Origin: an uncultured Acidobacteriota bacterium
Lineage (GTDB): Bacteria; Acidobacteriota; Thermoanaerobaculia; Multivoradales; UBA5704
DNA: 64,000 bases
Direction of reading: 5' to 3'
Assembly (NCBI GenBank): GCA_963700145.1
Contig: OY969474.1
Location: forward strand, 2,496,001 to 2,560,000
Shown: positions 60,097 through 64,000 of the stretch, in pieces
Layout: each line of letters starts with the position of its first letter
Position numbering within the stretch: the stretch's first letter is position 1
Program-made: the position numbers and the translations under genes
Notes under the pieces: model-generated
The model's database searches: none
Told to the model about the DNA's origin: nothing
What the model saw: the letters and a program-made list of their open reading frames with translations, nothing else

Positions 60097-60324
60097 ATGG
60101 CCAGGGAAACCATCGAGATCCAGGTGGAGCCGGAGGCCGCGCGGGCGTACTCCTCCGCCTCCGAAGAGCAGCGGCGGAAGCTCGACCTGCTGCTCAGCCT
60201 CCGCATCCGCGAAGCCACCCGCCCGGGCACTGACCTCGAGACGATCATGGACGAGATCGCGAGTCGAGCCCGGGAGCGCGGACTGACGCAAGCGAAGCTG
60301 GACGAGCTGCTCGAGGATGGGTAG
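60097..60324 (+). CDS. Putative antitoxin (short acidic/helical)
   Basis: MARETIEIQV...IMDEIASRARERGLTQAKLDELL; overlaps the downstream PIN gene. Confidence 0.75.
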   Translation: MARETIEIQVEPEAARAYSSASEEQRRKLDLLLSLRIREATRPGTDLETIMDEIASRARERGLTQAKLDELLEDG

Positions 60325-60739
60325 CGGCCGCTACGTCTTCGACACCAATGTAGTCATCAGCGCCCTGCTCTTTCCTGACTCCAAGCCTGGTACAGCGTTC
60401 CGGTTCGCCCTCGCCAATGCGGCCGTCCTGGTCTCGTCCGAGACTCTCCGCGAGCTCGACGACGTTCTGGCGCGCGCGAAGTTCGAGCCCTACGTCCGAA
60501 GAGAGGAGAGGGAGCTTTTCGTAGCGGCTCTCCTAGATCGCGTGGAATTGGTCGAGATCACACACAGAGTGGAAGCCTGCCGCGATCCGAGGGACGACAA
60601 GTTTCTGGAGCTCGCTTTGAGCGGCCGTGCAACGGCTGTCGTGACGGGAGATCCGGACCTATTGAGCCTGAATCCCTTCCGAGGGATCGAGATCGTCAGC
60701 CCGGCCGATTTCGTCGAGAGCCTCGCCGGCACACCCTAG
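60317..60739 (+). CDS. PIN-domain toxin (putative TA toxin, PIN_3 type)
   Basis: VFDTNVVISAL, CRDPRDDKFLELA, VTGDPDLL. Confidence 0.9.
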   Translation: MGSGRYVFDTNVVISALLFPDSKPGTAFRFALANAAVLVSSETLRELDDVLARAKFEPYVRREERELFVAALLDRVELVEITHRVEACRDPRDDKFLELALSGRATAVVTGDPDLLSLNPFRGIEIVSPADFVESLAGTP

Positions 60740-60746
60740 CAGCGGC

Positions 60747-61205
60747 TTAAAGCTGCTGGTAGTCCGTGAGCTGTAGGACACGCAGGCTCGATAGCGAAGG
60801 GAGCCGGCGGTCGTTGGCGAGAAAGGCGGTGCAGCCGGTCGCGAGCGCCGCCGCGAGCTGTAGGGCGTCGGGTGTGCGGAGGCGGTGCTGGGCGCGCAGC
60901 TCGGCTGCGAGGCGCAATAGCGGTAGGTCTATGGGGACGAGCGCAAGGCCGCGGCTTGCGGTAAGCAGTTCTTCGTAGCGCGTGGCGAGCGTGGCGTCAC
61001 CGGCGCGCAACGGCTTCACGAGCGTTTCGAGCAGGGTGACAGCGGAGGTCACGCCCTGAAGCCGACCTTGGTCGATCGCCTCGAAGACCGGTCTGACGAC
61101 GGGCCGATAATCCGCATGTCGTTCGATGAAGTAGATGAAGATCGCGGCGTCGAGCCCGACCGGTCCTGGCCCCAAGGTCGCCAGGAGATCGGCTACTCGT
61201 CCCAC
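60747..61205 (-). CDS. VapC-family PIN toxin
   Basis: VGLDAAIFIY, SAVTLLETL, AAELRA..LRTPDALQLA, ANDRRL. GTG 61205 overlaps the antitoxin end. Confidence 0.88.
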   Translation of the reverse strand: MGRVADLLATLGPGPVGLDAAIFIYFIERHADYRPVVRPVFEAIDQGRLQGVTSAVTLLETLVKPLRAGDATLATRYEELLTASRGLALVPIDLPLLRLAAELRAQHRLRTPDALQLAAALATGCTAFLANDRRLPSLSSLRVLQLTDYQQL

Positions 61206-61426
61206 GAAGCGCGCTCTTCCTCGATGTAGGCGGCCGCGTCGATTCCTTCCCAGATCTCCTTGCCAAGCCCCTCGAGCTCCATGATCGAGTGCTTTGCGCC
61301 CTTCCGCGTGCCGGTCTCCAGCAGATAGATGATCTCCTGCGCCACGGAGCGTCGGTCGCGGCGCGCCCGGTCCTGGAGCTCGGCGTACAGCTCGTCCGGG
61401 AAGTTCTTGATGTTCAGCACCGCCAT
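61193..61426 (-). CDS. FitA-like ribbon-helix-helix antitoxin
   Basis: MAVLNIKNFPDELYAELQDRARRDRRSVAQEIIYLL. Confidence 0.88.
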   Translation of the reverse strand: MAVLNIKNFPDELYAELQDRARRDRRSVAQEIIYLLETGTRKGAKHSIMELEGLGKEIWEGIDAAAYIEEERASWDE

Positions 61427-61441
61427 GGCTATCCTCCGTAG

Positions 61442-61470
61442 TTCCTCCGTCGTGGAGGAATGGTACCATT
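61442..61470. promoter_or_regulatory. Overlapping palindromes in the divergent fitA-like/ABC-F promoter region
   Basis: TTCCTCC-n5-GGAGGAA (61442-61460) and perfect AATGGTACCATT (61459-61470), which gives TACCAT on both strands. Confidence 0.5.
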
Positions 61471-61480
61471 ACCGGCTCGA

Positions 61481-63418
61481 ATGATCGCCGTCTCAGACCT
61501 CTCCAAGTCGTATGGACAGCAGACCCTCTTCCGCGGGGTCTCGATGCAGCTCACGCCTGGGAATTGCTACGGCCTCGTCGGCGCGAACGGGTCCGGGAAA
61601 TCGACCCTCCTCCGCGTGCTCTCGGGCGAAGAGCCTCCCTCCGAGGGCACCGTCTCGATCCCCAAGCGGCTCAAGATCGGGGTGCTCAAGCAGGACCATT
61701 ACCGCTACGAGGAGATGCCGATCCTCGAGGTGGCGATGATGGGGAACCACGTCGTGTGGGAGGCGATGGTCGAGAAGGAGCGGCTGCTCGCCGATCCGGG
61801 GCACTTCGACGCCGAGCGGTACGCCGAGGTCGAGGACCTGATCCTTCGCCACGACGGTTACACGCTGGAGGCCCGCGCCGCCGAGGTGCTCGAAGGGCTC
61901 GGCATCCCGACCGGGGTGCACCGCGACGCGCTCTCGACGCTCTCGGGCGGGTTCAAGCTGCGCGTCCTCCTCGCCCAGGTGCTCGCAGCCGACCCCGACG
62001 CCCTGCTCCTCGACGAGCCGACCAACCACCTCGACATCCTCTCGATCCGCTGGCTGGAGAAGTTCCTCGGCGAGTTCAAGGGGATGGCGGTCGTGGTCTC
62101 GCACGACCACCGCTTCCTCGACAACGTCTGCACGCACATCGTGGACGTCGACTACGAGACCGCCACGCTCTACCACGGCAACTATGCCGCCTTCACCGCC
62201 GCCAAGGTCGCCGAGCGCGACCGCAAGGAGGCGGCGATCGAGAAGCAGGAGAAGGAGATCGCCGCCCACCAGGCGTTCGTCGACCGCTTCCGCGCCAAGG
62301 CCACCAAGGCGCGGCAGGCGCAGAGCAAGCTGAAGATGATCGACCGCATCAACATCGAGCGGCTGCCGCAGAGCTCGCGCCGCTACCCCAACTTCAAGTT
62401 CAAGCAGGTCCGCCCGAGCGGCCGCCAGGCGCTGGCGCTCGAAGGGATCGACAAGGCCTACGGCGACAACCAGGTCCTCACCGGCGTCTCATTGACCGTC
62501 GAGCGCGGCGACCGCCTGGCGATCATCGGCCCCAACGGCATCGGCAAGTCGACGCTGCTCAAGATCGCGGTCGGCGAGACGCCGGCCGACGCCGGCCGCA
62601 TCGAGTGGGGGTACGAGACCTACCCCGGCTACTTCGCCCAGGACCATCGCGAGATGCTGGGGGAGCGGAAGCAGTCCGTCGAGGCCTGGCTCTGGGAGTC
62701 GGCGCCGGGCGAGCCGATCGGCTTCATCCGCGGCAACCTCGGGCTCGTCCTCTTCTCCGGCGACGAGGCCAAGAAGAGCGTCGGCAACCTCTCGGGCGGC
62801 GAGGCGGCGCGCCTCATCTTCAGCCGCCTTTCGATCACCCGCCCCAACGTCCTGGTGCTCGACGAGCCGACGAACCACCTCGACCTCGAAGCCATCGAGG
62901 CGCTGGTCGAAGGCCTCCACGCCTACGACGGCACCCTCGTCTTCGTCTCCCACGACCGCTGGTTCGTCTCGCAGCTCGCCAACCGCATCCTCGAGATCAC
63001 CCCGGCCGGCATCCAGGACTTCCGCGGCACCTACGAGGAGTACCTCGACCGCCTCGGCGACGACCACCTCGACGCCGACGCCGTGCTGCAGAAGGCGCGG
63101 CGGGCGCAGCGCAAGGCGCGGGCGGCGGCCCGGGGCAACGGCGGCGGCGACGGGCTCGACGACCGCGCCCGCCTGCAGAAGCAGCGCGAGCTGGCCCGCC
63201 GGCGCGACCAGGTCACCGTCTCGGTCGAGAAGGCCGAGGCGCGCATCCACGAGATCAACGAGCTCTTCTGCGACCCCACCTTCTTCGACCGCACCTCGCG
63301 CGACCGGGTGCGCAAGCTCGAGGAGGAGCAGAAGCGCCTCTCCACCGAGGTCAACTCCCTGATGGGCGAATGGGAGACCCTCGAGGAGGAGTTGGCGGAG
63401 CTCGTCCCGCCGTCGTAA
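61481..63418 (+). CDS. ABC-F family ATPase (ribosome-associated)
   Basis: Two NBDs ([25 protein letters not shown]; GPNGIGKST, LSGGEA, VLDEPTNHLD), linker RFRAKATKARQAQS, C-terminal coiled coil; no TMs. Confidence 0.95.
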   Translation: MIAVSDLSKSYGQQTLFRGVSMQLTPGNCYGLVGANGSGKSTLLRVLSGEEPPSEGTVSIPKRLKIGVLKQDHYRYEEMPILEVAMMGNHVVWEAMVEKERLLADPGHFDAERYAEVEDLILRHDGYTLEARAAEVLEGLGIPTGVHRDALSTLSGGFKLRVLLAQVLAADPDALLLDEPTNHLDILSIRWLEKFLGEFKGMAVVVSHDHRFLDNVCTHIVDVDYETATLYHGNYAAFTAAKVAERDRKEAAIEKQEKEIAAHQAFVDRFRAKATKARQAQSKLKMIDRINIERLPQSSRRYPNFKFKQVRPSGRQALALEGIDKAYGDNQVLTGVSLTVERGDRLAIIGPNGIGKSTLLKIAVGETPADAGRIEWGYETYPGYFAQDHREMLGERKQSVEAWLWESAPGEPIGFIRGNLGLVLFSGDEAKKSVGNLSGGEAARLIFSRLSITRPNVLVLDEPTNHLDLEAIEALVEGLHAYDGTLVFVSHDRWFVSQLANRILEITPAGIQDFRGTYEEYLDRLGDDHLDADAVLQKARRAQRKARAAARGNGGGDGLDDRARLQKQRELARRRDQVTVSVEKAEARIHEINELFCDPTFFDRTSRDRVRKLEEEQKRLSTEVNSLMGEWETLEEELAELVPPS

Positions 63419-63447
63419 GCTCCGGGCCTCTCCCCAAGGAGGTCTCG

Positions 63448-64000
63448 ATGACCGATCCGCGGTCCCGCCCGCCGTCCGTCCGCCCCGTCGCGCTGCTGCT
63501 CTGCGCCCTCCTGGCGCTGCTGCCGGCCGCGGCCCAGGCCGCCGCCGCCAAGTCCTCCGTGCCGCTCGGCGCCGACTCCCCCGAGGCCCTGGTCAAGCGC
63601 CTCAAGACGGCGGCCGAGAAACAGGACTTCGCCGAGGTCGCCGCCCTCATGGCGCCGGCCGACCGCGCCATGATGACCATGATGATGGTGCTCGCCGCCT
63701 CGATGATGACCGCCTTCTCGCAGATGGGGAGCGAGATGGCGACCGGCATGGCCGAGGCCTTCCAGGACGAGGAGAGCATGACGGCCGAGGAGAAGGCGAA
63801 GGCCGCCGCCGAGAAGAAGAAGATGGAGGAGCAGAGCGCGGCGGTGGTCAAGAAGCTCGAGGCGGTGCTCGACAAGCACGGCGTCACCGAGCTGATGGAG
63901 AACACGCCGGACCCCGAGCCGGGGAGCGACCCGGCCAAGAACGCCGAGAAGCTGATGGCGAACGTCGATCAGGTGGCGCTCATCACCGATCTCATGGCGA
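63448..64000 (+). CDS. Secreted Met-rich helical hypothetical protein, 5' part only
   Basis: SD AAGGAGG, ATG 63448, signal peptide ...VALLLCALLALLPAAAQA; frame open to the window edge. Confidence 0.75.
   Translation, partial: MTDPRSRPPSVRPVALLLCALLALLPAAAQAAAAKSSVPLGADSPEALVKRLKTAAEKQDFAEVAALMAPADRAMMTMMMVLAASMMTAFSQMGSEMATGMAEAFQDEESMTAEEKAKAAAEKKKMEEQSAAVVKKLEAVLDKHGVTELMENTPDPEPGSDPAKNAEKLMANVDQVALITDLMA

Overview
High-GC bacterial chromosomal DNA, probably Acidobacteriota (Thermoanaerobaculia-like). This assignment is inferred from a GWxTD/VWA fusion, ELWxxDGT proteins and a recurrent 'GYFWFF..KVLDG..FWVF' C-terminal domain. Most real genes are on the minus strand; many long ORFs in the track are GC-rich shadow frames. 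In order, the window holds: (1) an RND efflux locus (MFP + two AcrB-type permeases) and a HlyD/ABC exporter, flanking a compact uncharacterised three-gene operon (glycine-zipper micro-protein, 92-aa Cys-containing protein, ~418-aa DUF6895-like protein); (2) xseAB, a GWxTD-VWA protein, YhaM, VanZ-like and DUF420 genes; (3) a TonB receptor facing an ECF sigma/FecR pair; (4) a dispersed respiratory super-cluster: Rieske, cytochrome b6, subunit IV, octaheme cytochrome c, a frameshifted cupredoxin lipoprotein, CtaA, CtaB, ABC pair, SCO, and an aa3-type oxidase in the order I-III-IV-x-x-II whose subunit I lacks the K-channel lysine; (5) inserts into that cluster: a SNF2 helicase and a ~7-kb accessory block containing a 20-bp tandem array of pseudo-palindromes and a BrnT-like toxin remnant; (6) two tandem ELWxxDGT secreted proteins, a metallophosphoesterase, two convergent PIN toxin-antitoxin pairs and an ABC-F ATPase. 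The best candidates for undescribed biology are the 5948-7718 operon and the shared C-terminal domain (six copies in three secreted proteins). No rRNA, tRNA, CRISPR array or transposase/integrase was recognised. All family assignments come from motif reading by eye, not database searches.
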